In this document: positions 32,843 through 47,190 of the stretch, in pieces
Layout: each line of letters opens with the position of its first letter
Position numbering within the stretch: the first letter of the stretch is position 1
Source of the DNA: a virus
Taxonomy: Duplodnaviria; Heunggongvirae; Uroviricota; Caudoviricetes
Virus record (IMG/VR): IMGVR_UViG_3300035517_000267
Span: 3,521-67,520 of that record
Reading direction: 5' to 3' (one strand)
Length of the DNA: 64,000 nt
Position numbers and translations under genes: made by a program
Notes under the pieces: generated by a model
Database searches by the model: none
The model's input: the letters and a program-made list of their open reading frames with translations, nothing else
What the model was told of the DNA's origin: nothing

Positions 32843-35800
32843 ATGACGCAAGATAATATACAGACACAACTTTTAGAAGCTATGACTAATATTACTGATT
32901 ATTCTCTTAGTCAGCTTGCTTTTGATAAAACTATTCAAGGCGAAATAACAAGTGTTCAAAATGTAGATACTGGCGAATATAAGGTTCGATATTAGAGCAA
33001 TATTTTTTCAGTTTTTGCGAGTGATGTAACAAAAACTTATAAAGCTGGCGATACTGTTAATATAAGCGTGCCGAATGGGGATTTTTCTGGCAAAAAATAT
33101 ATAACAGGAAAAGCTAGTGATTCTTCTTTGTCTGCGGTAAGAATTTCAGAACTTCAAAATTCTTTAGTTGATATTGCTCCTACTTTTGATAATATTATTA
33201 CATATTAGATGAATGAATCTAGTTTAATAGCAGGCATATCTCTTCCACAGATTATATACTATAGACCAGAAGATTACAATGCCACAAGAGAACAAGCAAC
33301 TTTTCTTTCTTATGGTAGTAAATATGAATACATTCGTGTTTAGGCGTCTTTTTTGACAAGTTTTTATTCAACTTATACCCAAGGTAATTATGGTATTGAA
33401 GTTGTCTTTACTACTACCAATGAAGATGAAGATATTTCTTATAAGCTTGATTCTGATTATTTTACAGGCAATGCTTATACTTTTTCAACTTATTCTACCT
33501 AGTCGGTTGTATTTTAGGTTCTTAAAAACCATATTACTGGTATAAGAGGTATTTTCTTTTATCAAGAAAATTTTGATCCAGATGTAAGAACTGATTCTTC
33601 TGGAAAAGTTATTGAGAAAATTACAAAAACACCCAATATTTTTGTTAAAGATATTAAATTAAATTTTGTCGAGAAAATAGACCTTTCAGAGGTTCCTTAT
33701 TATCTGACAATAGATGCGCCTTATGGAAACGTGTTCACGGGCGCCCGCAAGGAAATTACTTTGCAAGGAGCTTTGTTAAATCAAGGCGTAGACATTATTA
33801 GTAAAGATACTTGTGTGAGTAAATGGTATGAAAAAGATTATAGTGCCAATGATGTGGGGCGCGGTTGGAAATATTTGGAAACCGCTGATACTTTAACTGT
33901 TTCATTTGATGATGTTTATTATAAAAAAGATTATAAATTAGTTGTCATATATAATGAGACTACAACTCTTGAAGCTGAAATTACAGTGACCAACCTTACT
34001 AGAGAATATGATATTACCCTTGTGCAAGAATTGGAAGAAACTTCTATCTAGCTGCATTTAGTTAATAATTTAAGTGATGAAGTCTTACTCGGAAATTGGT
34101 ACTTTTCCTATCCTGATGGTAGCTATAGCTTACTTACCGAGAAGCAAAATAGCATTAAGATAGACCGTGAAAAACTTCTTTATTCTTCAACGACTTTTTA
34201 TTGTGGCGTATACGATGAAGAAGGACATTTGATAGACTGCTTAGAGAAAACTATCTCTAATGTTGAGTCAGATGCAGATTTGACTATATCTTGTGAAGGC
34301 GAAACTTATGTGCGCTATGACGCAAATGGAGATATAACGATAGAAGATTCTGAGTTGGTGCGGTCGTTTACCCCTATAGTAGCTTGGAAGGACGGTATTG
34401 GTACTTTATATACGGTTGAATGGTTCGACCCTAATGGAGAATCTCTTTCTGATACCAACATATCTAATCGCCGTTCAGTTTCTAAGTCCATGTTTAAGGA
34501 GCTTTATGTTGACAGCTCAGGAATTTTGTATTATACTGTTAGATAGAAATATAAAGTAAATTATACAAATAATATATTAACTGTAGTTATTACTACAATT
34601 GATGGTCAACAATATAGTTATAATAAAGAATTACTTTTTTTGAAAGATGGAGACTAGGGAGTTAATGGCACTACATATACTGCTATTGTGCGTCCTTGCT
34701 CTATTGCAGGAGAGAAACTTGCTGGTTTTAATCCTTTAATAATGCGTAATAATAATTGGATAAATTCTTTATATTTAAGATGTTATATCTATAAAGATGG
34801 AGAACTTATTAATAATGGTATTAATGAAGATTATAACTTTAAATATACTAAGACGGGCGCAGGAATAAGTTTAGTAGAACTAGTAGGAGAAGATGCCGCC
34901 GAAAATAATGAAGTTGCTATTAAGCAAAGCATGATTTAGATTAATGGTAGCGATGACACACTTTCTACTTCTAGTTATGTAATGTATCAAGTTGATATAG
35001 AAGATAAAACAACTTATAAGTCTTATTCAATTTATTGCTCTTATCCGATAGATATTGCTGTTAATTTTACAGATGAAGTATTAGATACTTTAGATATAAG
35101 CGATATTCCTTCTTATATTAAGTATTCTACTTCTGGCGTAACTCCTACATTTGCTGATACTACAATAAATTTTTTAGAAAATGGAATTATTACATCTGAA
35201 ACTCCTACAATTTTAACTATAAAAGAAAGTGAAGAAGGTTATAGGCTTTATCCTGCTGATACTTTTAATTTTTCTGATACAACTATGGCTAGGTTAAAGT
35301 GCAGCCTTAATTCTAGTTATATTTTACATACAATTGTTATGTATCTTGATACCTATGGGAATGAAGCTATAAATGGTTGGGATGGAACTTCTGTAACTGG
35401 AATTTATGAGCTAGATACCTCTCTTAATATAACATCTGGTAGAGAGTATTACGAAAAAGATTCAGATGGAAATTATATTTCAATAAGTTTAAACTCAACA
35501 AATTATAAAGCTAATACTTATTATTATAAAACAGCTATATTGGCTCCATAGGTTGGTGCCGGTAAGAAAGATAGTGCCAATAGATTTACCGGTGTAGTAA
35601 TGGGAGTAGACAGTGAGCAAGATACTACGGGATTGTATGGCTATCAAAGTGGGATTAATACTTTTGGTCTAAAAGAAGATGGAACTGCCTTTTTTGGGGC
35701 AAAGGGCGATGGCGGCTAGATTATTATAGATGGTACTTCTGCAACAATTGAAGGCGGAGGCGGAGGCGGTAATACTGCTGGCATGACTATTACCCTTACC

Positions 35801-37315
35801 GATCCTACTTGGGCATTTGAGCTTGATACTTCCGAAGAGTATACCGAAGATAGGGTTTATTATAAACTAACTTCCAATGGAGAATACCAAAAAGTTACTT
35901 TAATGAATGATAGTATTTATAAGCCAAATACTTATTATTATTCTAATAAAGGCGGCACAACAAAAGCCATTAATATTGGTAATGAGCAATTTACTGTCAA
36001 TTATAATGGAGTAGTTACCGCAAAGTAGGCAGAAATAGGTGGCACTATTTATGCAAAAGATGGTATATTTGGTGTAACAGAATCTGAGATTAAGGCTTAT
36101 TAGAAAAATGGCACTATTCCTAGTTATGGTTGGGGAATAGGGGCTGGTAAGTTATATTCTCTTAGAGGAACTAGTGATACTGGATATATTCAATTAAATA
36201 GTGATATTAGCCGCAATGAAAGTAATTCTTATAACGAGCCTTATGCCATTTGGTGTGGAAAAGTTGTATCTTCGGAGGCGGCTGAGAATACCTTTGCTGT
36301 TACTAAGAAAGGTGTTCTTTATGCTAGGGCTGGATAGATTGGTGGCTGGGTATTAAATAAAAATGTTTTGGTGTCATCTTCAACTGCAATAAAGGATGAG
36401 ACTGGAGTAACAACAGATTATAAGTATGATTCAACTGGTATTGCGGCATCTGGAACTTATCGTTTTTGGGCAGGAGCAAAAGTTGAAGATGCTGAAGCAG
36501 ATAATCTTGTTTCTATTTCAAGTAAGAATTTTTCAGATTCAGAAGATAATCCTTATTTTAGAGTTACAAGTGCTGGTAAACTTGAATGTAATAGCGTTGA
36601 TATAAAAGGAACCATTAATGCTAATTCTGGTAAAATAGGAGACTGGACTATAAAAAATGGCTCAATTAAAGCTGGCAATACGACTCTTGAATCATCTGGT
36701 AAAATAACAAGCTCAGACGTTGAGTTAACTGGAACTATTAATGCAACATAGGGGAGTATAGGAGACTGGAGTATTCAAAAGGGTAAATTATCTAATGGAA
36801 ATACTACTCTTACAGCAGGTGGTACAATTGAAACTTATTATGTTACCATAAATGGATTGGGCGATGAAATTGATCGGAGTAAATCTGCTACATTAGGAGC
36901 AATAGAGGGTAGCAAAATTGATTTGGATACAAATATAACTACAACAACTTATAATATAGGTATTCGTCCTGAAGATTCAGAAGTTGGTATTGTTTTAGAT
37001 GGTCACAATATAGCCCTTAGAGATAGTAAGAAAAAATCTGATAGTCACTCTTATATCCAAACAGAAAAATGTGATATTACTTCTACCAATTTAACGCTTG
37101 GAACTTCATCTTCTTCTATAATTACGATACAAGGTAACAGTATTACACTTAATGGAACATCTTCTACAATAGAAGGAACAACTATTAGTATTGATGGAAC
37201 AACTATTAATATTGGAAGTTCTTCTAAATCTACAATTACATTTAAAGGATCTAGTATAGACTTTTCTGGTATATCGTCTGCTAACCAAAAAGGAATTTAT
37301 GCTAGATTTGCATGA
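32843..37315 (+). CDS. Large tail-tip/baseplate protein (1490 aa, code 15)
   Basis: Seven fragments in frame from ATG 32843 to TGA; C-terminal G-x-IG-x-W-x-I beta repeats. Confidence 0.75.
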
Positions 37316-37325
37316 GGTATAAGCT

Positions 37326-38093
37326 ATGGCAACTACATTAAAAATAACAACTAGCCCAACTGATATTGGGCGCACTACAGCAAAAGTTAGATATAACACA
37401 GATAGTTCTGATTGGTCATTGCCTGATAATGTAACTTCCGATGGTAGTAGTCCTAATTATACTTATTCTGCTCTTAAAAAAACTTGGAGTTTTACTTATA
37501 AGAAATCTAGCGATACTACATACTCTACAGGAGTAGATAGTAGCGGTAATACTTTAACTAGCTCTATTTACTATGGAGACGTAACATATGGAAAACTTTC
37601 TGCGGCTACTACTTACAATTTAAAAGCAGAAGTTACTGTTACTTGTACCAAGACTACCACTTATAAAGTTGAAATTAAAGATAGCGAAGGTAAGGGAACT
37701 GGTAAATATACTACGGGTAGTAGTTCAACGAGCACTTACTCTCTCGGTTCGGCTTATGCTACTTTAACTATATACACTAGACCAGAAGAGTTTTCTTGGA
37801 GCAATACAATAAGTTCAGGAGAAACCATTAACATAAGTTATACGGATTGGAATAATTTGGTAAAAACTACTGCTAAATATTTAGATTGGAAAAATCAATC
37901 TTCTGGACACAGCGGTGGCACTTCTACAACTCAAAATAGTTTAATTAGTGCAAGTATATATAATAGTGTTGCAAATAAATTAGATGTAGCTACAGTAACA
38001 GCAATGGGCTATAAAACCGATGGAACTTATGAAGTTGGAAGCCTCATAAAAGCTAGTAATTTCAAAGCTTTATCAGATAAAATTAATGCTTAA
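37326..38093 (+). CDS. Thr/Ser-rich tail structural protein (255 aa)
   Basis: ORF track; composition; position. Confidence 0.65.
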   Translation: MATTLKITTSPTDIGRTTAKVRYNTDSSDWSLPDNVTSDGSSPNYTYSALKKTWSFTYKKSSDTTYSTGVDSSGNTLTSSIYYGDVTYGKLSAATTYNLKAEVTVTCTKTTTYKVEIKDSEGKGTGKYTTGSSSTSTYSLGSAYATLTIYTRPEEFSWSNTISSGETINISYTDWNNLVKTTAKYLDWKNQSSGHSGGTSTTQNSLISASIYNSVANKLDVATVTAMGYKTDGTYEVGSLIKASNFKALSDKINA

Positions 38094-38107
38094 TTAAGGA
38101 GATAATT

Positions 38108-38494
38108 ATGGTATTAACAAATGAACAAATAGTAAAGATTGTAGTTGAACTTGCGGGAATCGTGGGTGATAGCGACTTAAAGCTTCCTGCTAGTGTCTCT
38201 TATGCGATCCTCCGCAATTACAAACTACTTGAACCGATTGCGAAAGATGTCCTTGAAGCGAAAGAGACCATGCTTAGTCAATACGGCACACCGAAGTCCG
38301 CAGAAGATGGTTCTTGGTATTATGATATAAAACCTGAATATATAGAAGAAGCAAATATTCAATTAAAAGAGCTTTCTGAAATGGAAACAGAAGCTGCAAT
38401 AGTTCAAGTTCCAATAGAAGCTTTTAGAGATTGTACACTATCTTTACATTTGATGGATAGTTTATACTTCATGATAGAGGATGGCGAGGGTTAA
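38108..38494 (+). CDS. Hypothetical protein (128 aa)
   Basis: ORF track; followed by terminator 38480-38512. Confidence 0.65.
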   Translation: MVLTNEQIVKIVVELAGIVGDSDLKLPASVSYAILRNYKLLEPIAKDVLEAKETMLSQYGTPKSAEDGSWYYDIKPEYIEEANIQLKELSEMETEAAIVQVPIEAFRDCTLSLHLMDSLYFMIEDGEG

Positions 38495-38593
38495 TCCCTT
38501 GCCATCTTTTTTATTTAGGGCAAGTGTTATTTATTTAATCAAATTAAAAATTAAAAAGAATAGAGGACAAATGAGAAAAAGGAGGTGCTTGCT

Positions 38594-41341
38594 ATGCCTA
38601 TAGGTATTTATCCGCCTACTTTGAAAAGTACATAGTCAGCTTTTATTGCTGACACACAAATTTATCCTATCTATTTTACTTTACAGAGCGTTACTAGTAA
38701 AGACGATATAGGAAATGTACAAATTAGGGTAGTTAGACAAAGTAATAATAAGAGCATAGTAAATACAGAACTTTATCCAGATGGAGTTATCTATAAACCT
38801 GCTTCTAAAATCGATATAGCTTCTAGTACGCAGTACTTTATCTAGATAGAAAGAGACACCGATCTTTCTGAAAAATGGGAAGAAGGTGTACTTTATAAAA
38901 TACAAATGCGATTTGGTACTTCTGCGCTTTATAACAGTTTAAGCGAGTTTGCGACTTGGAAAAAGACGCAAGTTAGCAATGAAACTTTTTCTGAGTGGTC
39001 AACCGTTATGTTAATTAAAGCAATTGCTAAACCAGATGTATCTCTCAAGAATACTGAAAATACAAAGCAAGATGTTACTTCTACTACCAAGCTTGAATCT
39101 ACTTAGACACCTTTATTTACTGGTAGTTATAGTATTTCAGATAACAGCAAAGAAACAGTTGATAAATATAAATTTGATTTATACAAAGGCAAAGAAGAAG
39201 ATATAGCTAATTTAATTGAGACTACAGGTTGGCTTTAGCATGACGGCGGAAGAGACCAAGATGGCGTTTCATATGATTCTCACAGGTTCAAAAATATCTT
39301 GACTAACGGAGAAACTTATAGTGTTATTTACTCTATAAGCACTATTAATGGTTATGAAACGAGTGCTCAAATATATACTTTCTAGGTTACTAAAACCTAT
39401 TTACAAGATTTAGAAGATGTTGAGATAGTAGTTGATAGCACTTCTGAATATTGTCGAGAAAATGGCTGCATTAGAATTTATTGTTCTTCTGGCGGAAATG
39501 CTATGACTGGTAATTATGTTATTACTAGAACAGACGAAAGAAGTAATTATGGCGTTTGGGAAGATATATCTTATCTAGCTTATTTTAATCATAAAATGAG
39601 TGATGAATTAATATTTACAGATTTTACCATTGAAAGTGGTATTAGATATAAATATGCTTTTTAGCTTGAAAACGCAAAATCTTTACGCAGCTCTCCCGTT
39701 TATCCTACCCCCAACGCCGCACATAGCATAGATTTTGAATGGACTTACTTGTATTGTAATGGTATTTAGCTTAAACTCTCTTTATCTACTAAATTATCTA
39801 GCTTTAAACATACAACTTTGCGGTCTAAACAAGATACTTTAAGTAGTCAATATCCTTATTTAGTTCAAAATGGAAAAGCTTATTATGCGGAATTTCCTAT
39901 AAGTGCTATGATTAGCTATTAGATGGACGAAGATTAGACTTTTTTCACTGTGCAATCAGATGGATTATATTATGATGGGGAACTTGTCATTCCTAAAGAT
40001 AAATTTGGTCTTATTGAAACAACTAGAAATTATGATGAATCTGTCTCTTACAAAATAGATTCTTCTTAGGCTTCCGATAATGTTTTTATTGAAAGAGTAT
40101 TCCGCGAAAAAGCAGAAAGCTTTCTTAATAACTTTGAGGCTAAGCTTTATCGCTCTCCCACCGAGGGTAATATAATTGTTGACTTAATGAATATTAGCCT
40201 AGCTCCTGATGAAGGTTTGAGCAGAATGATTGCAACTTTTTCTGCAACTGCTTATGAGGTCGCTGAAAATACTATTGAAAACTTGAATGAATATGGTATT
40301 ATTTCAATTGGAGAATACTAGAGCTTAGCAAGTGAAGAAGTAACTAAATCTTTTGGACAAATAAGTGGTATATATGGCTCTAATATTGATGTTTATGATT
40401 TAATTCGCCAGCAAGAAGAAGTTAGCGTAGGCGGAGGATATAAAATGCAACTCAAATAGGTTTCTTCAATCTGGGTTGAGTTATATCCTGATGTAGACTT
40501 AACTGCCTATAAGCTAGAACAAAAGGCTCTCATTTCCGAAGCAGAAGGCAATGGAGAAGATTATTCCGAATATCAAACTAAATGGGAAGAATATGACAAT
40601 CTTGAAAAAGCAATGTCTAATATGTATACTACTACGATATTAAGCGTTAATGGCGCTAAAGTTATGGTATTACCTAATAAGGTATATAGCTTAGAGCATG
40701 ATATTTCTCTTTTAACTGTTACTACCGCGGTATATCCTGTTATAATAAATTATATATGTGACCTTGTGCAAGTTGAGGATACTAGTGTTGGCGTTGTAAC
40801 TTCTATAGATACTTCCAAAATATGGGGACAAATTTCTGGTATTTTTACTGGAACACATAAAAATTTAAGTGCTTATAACTGGGACTATGCAAATAGTGAG
40901 AACTCAAGAGTTTATAGTCGGACAGAAGCTATGAAGATACGAGATAGCGAAGGAAACTTAGTGGTTGATAATACGACTTATAATGTTTATAAGACTTAGA
41001 ATCTTCTTGATATTATTAAAGAGGATACTCAACATTAGGTAGAAATTATCTATGATAATACCCATTTTGAAGAAGTTAATGGCGAGCTTACTGACGGAAC
41101 GCTTTACTATGTATTTGGATATATTTATAAATTTGATATAGAAGCCGACGAAGGCACTACACTTTACATAGGCAAGAAAGCAGATGGCAGTGATGCAGAG
41201 ATATATAGAATCGGTCCGACTTGCCGCTATGTTTTAGATGAGCTTGAAGGCTAGGTTAAATATATTGCTTTGGAAGAGCCTCAGCATTGTATCATAAATT
41301 ATATCTGCATGACCAATCAAACTACGATAGAGAGGCAGTGA
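38594..41341 (+). CDS. Baseplate/distal-tail-type structural protein (915 aa, code 15)
   Basis: ATG 38594 (GGAGG) in frame with fragments 38906 and 40613; ends TGA; role from position. Confidence 0.7.
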
Positions 41342-41348
41342 AGTTAAT

Positions 41349-43289
41349 ATGTATGAATATTTAGATGATATGGACTTCCTCACTCGCCTCGATCAAGCGA
41401 ACATCCGCACACATTATGCCCGTCTTACATTGCTCTCATTTGATGAGAAACCTTTAAAGGAAATTTAGGGCAATGTTACTTCAGGAACGGTTTCTGTTAA
41501 TGGTTCTTCCACAATTAGACGTACAGTAAGTCTTAGCTTACTTGCAGATGAGCAAAATACAGATATAGAGAATGTGGGAAATGATATTTCTGTTGATAAA
41601 AAAGTTAAAGTAGAAGTTGGATTAAAGAATCCTTTTGACGAGTATGATGACATTATATGGTTCCCGCAAGGTATTTATATTTTAACAAGTGCTAATGTAT
41701 CTCGCAGTACCTCCGGTTGGACAATAAGTATTAGTGGTAAAGATAAAATGTGTTTGCTTGATGGAACTGCGGGCGGCACGCTCCCGGCTTCCACAACCTT
41801 CCATGAAAAGTGGATATAGAAGGACGATGGAGATTATGAGATACTTTATCCTACGATATATCAAATTATTTTTGAAGCCGTTAATCATTGGGGAGGCATT
41901 TCCGCAGATTAGATTATTATTTCCGACATAGATGATACTTGCAAAGAATTAGTAAGATATATGGGGAATAAAACTATTTACTTTAGCCCTGATTATACAA
42001 GTTTCTCTTATAATTATAATGTAACTAATTATCCCAATGAATGTGTTTATAATCAAGATATTGGTTATGAGTTAACTGACTTTACTTATCCATCTGATTT
42101 AATTCTTGATGCCGGAGATACAGTTACTGACTTATTAGATAAAATAATTGATGCGCTAGGTAATTATGAATATTTCTTTGACATTAATGGAAATTTTATT
42201 TTTTAGCAGATAAAGAATTACCTTAATAATGCCAGCCCTCTTGATGAATTAGATGAAAATAGTTATGTTCGTAGTTATAATAACGCTAAGTTTTTATATT
42301 CTTTAACTGATTTAGATAGCACAACTGCAATTACAAAGTCTCCTAAATATGATAGTATAAAGAATGATTTTTATGTTTGGGGTCAAAGAGAAGAATCTTC
42401 TGGTGCTACTACTGATATTCGTTATCATCTAGCTATTGATGAAAAACCTTCTATTGATTTAGCCGCTTAGCACATTTGGATTATTAAAGACAAAGAGACT
42501 GGATACACATTAAGATATGAATTTAATGATTATGCGGCAAATCAAAATTCTAAAATAAAAGTTGCTTCTGGTGAACAAGCGGTTTATTTATGCAAGCCCG
42601 CACGAATTTATGATTCTAGGGGAAATATTTCTGTAGAGGCTGATTGGCGAGAAGAGCTTTATAGACGAGCTTTAGTAGCAAATGTTTCTACAGATAATTA
42701 TTCTGAGTACTATTATAATGAATTGTTAACTGAATGGCGCAAGCTCTATGACCCTATGAAAACTGCTTGGTAGGATACAAATTATTGGAATCCGAATGTT
42801 CATAATAGTCCTTCTTCTCTTGATTATTGGTTAGATTTTATTGATAGTGGCGCAGAAGTTGGAAAATATTCAGTTAATCAAATAGGTAGAAGGACGAAAG
42901 TGATTAATGATAATAATATAAATTCCATATACAGTAAAGAAGTTCCTGATGTAATATTTATAAAGCAAGAGGAAAAAGAAGCAATATCTAAAGTTTATTC
43001 AAATTACTTCGTTCTTCCTGATAATTTATATGATTCTTTTTATATAAGCACTACGGGGTCCAGTTGTTATGATTCTATCCGTGAAATGCTTTATTAGAAT
43101 TTAAATTATAATACATCAATTACTATCACTTGCTTACCTAAATATTATATTGAACCTAATAATATTATATACATTGAAGATGTAAGCAATAATATTATAG
43201 GAAATTATCAAATTACTCAATACACTTTACCTCTTACTTACAACGGCACCATGAGTATTACTGCCACAGAGGTATTAACAAGAGTATAA
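41349..43289 (+). CDS. Baseplate hub-like protein, possibly DUF5048 family (646 aa, code 15)
   Basis: Fragments 41574, 41961 and 42900 in frame; NGSSTIRRT...FPQGIYIL...ISGKDKMCLLDG motif; family by recall. Confidence 0.6.
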
Positions 43290-43305
43290 GGAGGAATAGG
43301 AGTAA

Positions 43306-43911
43306 ATGGCAACTGTTGGACAGTTCTATTATAATGTTTTAGATACAAATACTGGTGACTATATTACTTCTAAAGGGTCAGATGGCGCTACCTCTATTAA
43401 TATATATGAAGATGTTCTCGCGCAAATAGGTGTGACTTAGCTTAATCGAATTGGCATTTAGGCACCTGCGGGAACTAAAGTAATATTTAATAGTGGAGCC
43501 AAAGAAATTATCATAGGTCGCAATGGAATGTATGAACTTGATGATGATGTTGTTATTAGTTCTTTATATTTTGTGCGGTCACCCAGATATGTCCGAGATG
43601 TTGATGCAGAAGCTGAAAAAATAGCAGCTGGATATGCAGGAATGTCTGCGGCAGAAACTTATCGTCGTTGGGCATTGGGTAAACTTTCTATAACTGATTC
43701 TGATTATTGGACAAAATATATGTAGATAGAAGATAACTATAATTATGGTTGTACTTATACTGCCGATACTGGTGGTTAGGTTACTATAATTGGTTATCAA
43801 GCTGCATTAAATTTGTATAATGAGGGCGCTTAGGGTATATATAAGTTACCTGATACTGGCGATAAATACTATGAATTATATAATATCATAGTTGATTATA
43901 TTATAAATTAA
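43306..43911 (+). CDS. Hypothetical tail protein (201 aa, code 15)
   Basis: ATG 43306 in frame with fragment 43528; TAA stop. Confidence 0.65.
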
Positions 43912-43925
43912 GGAGGTGCGAACTA

Positions 43926-46460
43926 ATGGCACAAAGTTTTTATGGTGGTTTAAATGGTAAAAGCTTCTCTATTTAGACTATATTTAGCTGTAAACAAGAT
44001 TTAGATACTGATGTGAGCAAAGGTTGGGCATCTCCAATTTCTATTGGCGAATTTGTTGTTATATCTTATGGATTACCTAATGACGTAACAACCTATGAAG
44101 CCAATCGCAACAAAGATTTAAATTCTGTTGATAAGAGAAGTTATAACTCAACTTTATGGCAGAAATGCTATGATGAAGATTATTCTGATAGTACCACAGG
44201 TATATATTATAAACTTATTTCATCTATGACTGGCAATACGCCTAGTTTTATAGTTAAATATGTAGCATTAGAAGCTTATGAATCTCCCTATGCTACAATT
44301 GATAACACCGATCTTGACAAGCCTGTTTTAACAATTTATATGCCGCATAGCTACGAGTTTGTTGATAAGAATGGCTATAAAGTTAGTGATGCAGAATTTA
44401 CTGGTGAGATTGATACTGTTGTTCTAGATGCTAATAGAGATCCCAAGTCTGAGATAGTAAATATGGGAACAGAAGATTATCCTTATCAATTAGGTTTTAA
44501 ATTTTCTATTCCTTAGTCTCAGGTTATTGGTATTGGCAATGTAAAAGTTTTAGATGCTAATGAAAACCCTGACGTTACTATTAACAACAACGATATTAAT
44601 AATCCAATCTTAACCTTTGAAATTCCGCAAGCTCAAAATATAAAGGTTTCAAAACGAAATACTCTTGATGCAAACGAAGAGCCTAATGTTGATTTAGATG
44701 CTTCTGATATTAATAATCCAAACATATTGTTTGATTTACCGCAAAGCCAAATATTATAGGCTGGCGGAGTTGATAAATTAACATAGGATGAACTTCCTAT
44801 TGTCGAGATAGATGATAGCAATATTAATAAGCCCATAATCAATTTTAAACTTCCTTTCAGCAAGGCGGTTAGCTTATCAGCAAATGAGGTTATGATTGCG
44901 CCAGAGCTTGACCCTACGGTAGAAGACATTGGCGATGATACTAATGTAGTTCTCGATTTCAAGATTCCTAGAGCTGCGAAATATTACTATGGTGAAATGT
45001 TTGGTAAGCGTTTGGCGGGTTAGTATACTGAAAACGCTGGAGAAGAAAACTATTATAGGCGGGCGCTACAAGGCGATTATTATATCAATACTAAGACAGG
45101 TTTTGTTTATTTAATAACTAATGTTGATGGAGCAAATGTCACAGTTGAATATTAGGGATGTTTGCAAGCGCCGATTCCCGACACGGAAATAGAAGGAATT
45201 AACCCTTATACTCTTAATGAGGATGGAAAGACTTATTCTCTTACCAAACCGACCGTTAATATAGATTACTCAGATGAAGCCGAGCAAACTGGTTGGGTAA
45301 TGAGTCTTGGTATTCCTAGTGCTCCTGAACTTAAACCTGGTAATATTGAAATTATAGGTATAGATGATGCGGCTTCCGCACAAGCTATTTTTAGATAGGA
45401 TGCAACTGGTTATACTATTGATTGGACGATTCCCGCAGGAAGCAAGATATACAGCAATCCTATGAAACCTGCCGAAGCTTTAAATGGCGACATTTGGATA
45501 GACGATACTGGTAAAATCTGGCAATATGATGAAACTGGTTGGTATGATACAACCGTTAATATTAGAGGCGAAAAGGGAGATGCTTTAAATCTTACTGGTA
45601 CAACTCTCACATATGATGATGTTGGTAGAGATAATACCTCTGAGTGGGCGCAAAAAGTTGGTGCTAGAATTGAAGAAGATTTAAAGAGATTTCCTGCAAC
45701 TAATGAAATTGTTCCTATTGGTATAGTAGACGATGAAGGAACTATTTATTATTGGTTCTTTTATGATGGCTAGTCTTGGGACTTCGTTTAGTTAACTGGT
45801 AGTGTTGATAGCTTTTTAGCTATTGAAAAAACAGATGATACTAACGAACAAGCATATACCGTTAGCTATATTAACAGCTTATTATCAGATAGTAAAATAA
45901 CTGAGAATTTAGCATACAAAGGTTATACAGCAAATTATGTTAATAATTTATTATCTAGCGATAAGTTAGAAGACACGGTAGATAAGGGCTATACAGCAAG
46001 CTATATTAATTCCTTAGAGTCTACTTTGACAAGCGCAGATTCGACTAACAGCTAGAATTATACAAACTTAAATATCAAAGTAGATAACTTATTAATATCT
46101 AGCTGGAGTGAAGCAAAAGCCGATTTAAATAAAGGATATAAAGTTTCCTATATTAATACTTTAAAAACGGCAATAGACACTAATAAAGATAATATTAGCA
46201 CAAATGCTGAAAATATAAAGTTAGCTTAGGAGTAGTTAGATAACTTAATTGTAACTTCAAGAGAAGATGGAAATATTCATGTTTATGGCACTGGATATAT
46301 TAATAATTTGATTGTAGAAGCTACTCCCAAAGATGAAGATAAGAGTTATAAAACTTATAGTACAGCTTATATAGACGCAAAATTTAAAGCAATGCAAGAC
46401 ACAATAGACGAATTAAAGACTGCCGCGACAGTTGGCAAGATTTCAGATATAAAGTCTTAA
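43926..46460 (+). CDS. Repeat-containing tail fibre/upper-baseplate-like protein (844 aa, code 15)
   Basis: Fragments 44013, 45162 and 45462 in frame; ~31-aa internal repeats; GEKGD motif. Confidence 0.7.
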
Positions 46461-46488
46461 TACTTAGAGAGTATAGGAGGAAAATATA

Positions 46489-46968
46489 ATGGCACTTTTT
46501 AAGCCTTTTTATGGAACAGAAGATGAACTTACTGCGATAGCAGTACATGATGGTTATTGTTATTTATGTACGGATACAGGTAAGTTATATGCGGACATTG
46601 GCACAGAACGTAAGGTTATAAATAGTGATGGTGTAGTTGATGATACCAACGATATAACTTATACGGGAGAAGATATTACTTCTATTAAGAGTAATGCTAC
46701 TGCTAATACTATGGTTGCTTATACTGCAACCTTGGCTGCCGCAAGCTGGGTATCTGATACCACTGGTTATAAATATACTTATTCAAATACAAATCTTACT
46801 TGCGGAGCTAGTGGCTCTGTACCGCCCATTATCACGTATACTAGCAACCAAGATGAGTATAATTATATTGACTCTGCTACTGCAACGGCAAAGAGCAATA
46901 TAGTTTTTCACGCAACTAGTAAACCTACTTCTGCGATTGGAATAATTATAATGGATACAAAGAAATAA
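46489..46968 (+). CDS. Small tail-fibre-associated protein (159 aa)
   Basis: ORF track; DG.CYLCTDTGKLYADIG motif seen in fibre proteins. Confidence 0.6.
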   Translation: MALFKPFYGTEDELTAIAVHDGYCYLCTDTGKLYADIGTERKVINSDGVVDDTNDITYTGEDITSIKSNATANTMVAYTATLAAASWVSDTTGYKYTYSNTNLTCGASGSVPPIITYTSNQDEYNYIDSATATAKSNIVFHATSKPTSAIGIIIMDTKK

Positions 46969-47004
46969 AAAAAATAAGGGGAAGTCAAATGACTTCCCCT
47001 TTAA
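46966..47004. terminator. Bidirectional terminator between convergent blocks (near-identical stem at 56743-56776)
   Basis: AAGGGGAAGTC-aaat-GACTTCCCCTT flanked by A and T runs. Confidence 0.8.
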
Positions 47005-47190
47005 TTAGGTTTTGTGTGTATCTTCTTCCATTGCTGCAACAATGGTACAATAATACATGGCTTCGGATAAATCTTTAATCATATCTACGACTTCACCAAG
47101 CTCATGTGTATCTGCATTTTCTAAGTCGTGCATTTCTGACTGTACACACTCAATCAGACAATCTTTTATTTCTTTCATTCTGTGCATCAT
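47005..47190 (-). CDS. Hypothetical protein (61 aa)
   Basis: ORF track; directly follows the upstream gene's stop. Confidence 0.7.
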   Translation of the reverse strand: MMHRMKEIKDCLIECVQSEMHDLENADTHELGEVVDMIKDLSEAMYYCTIVAAMEEDTHKT

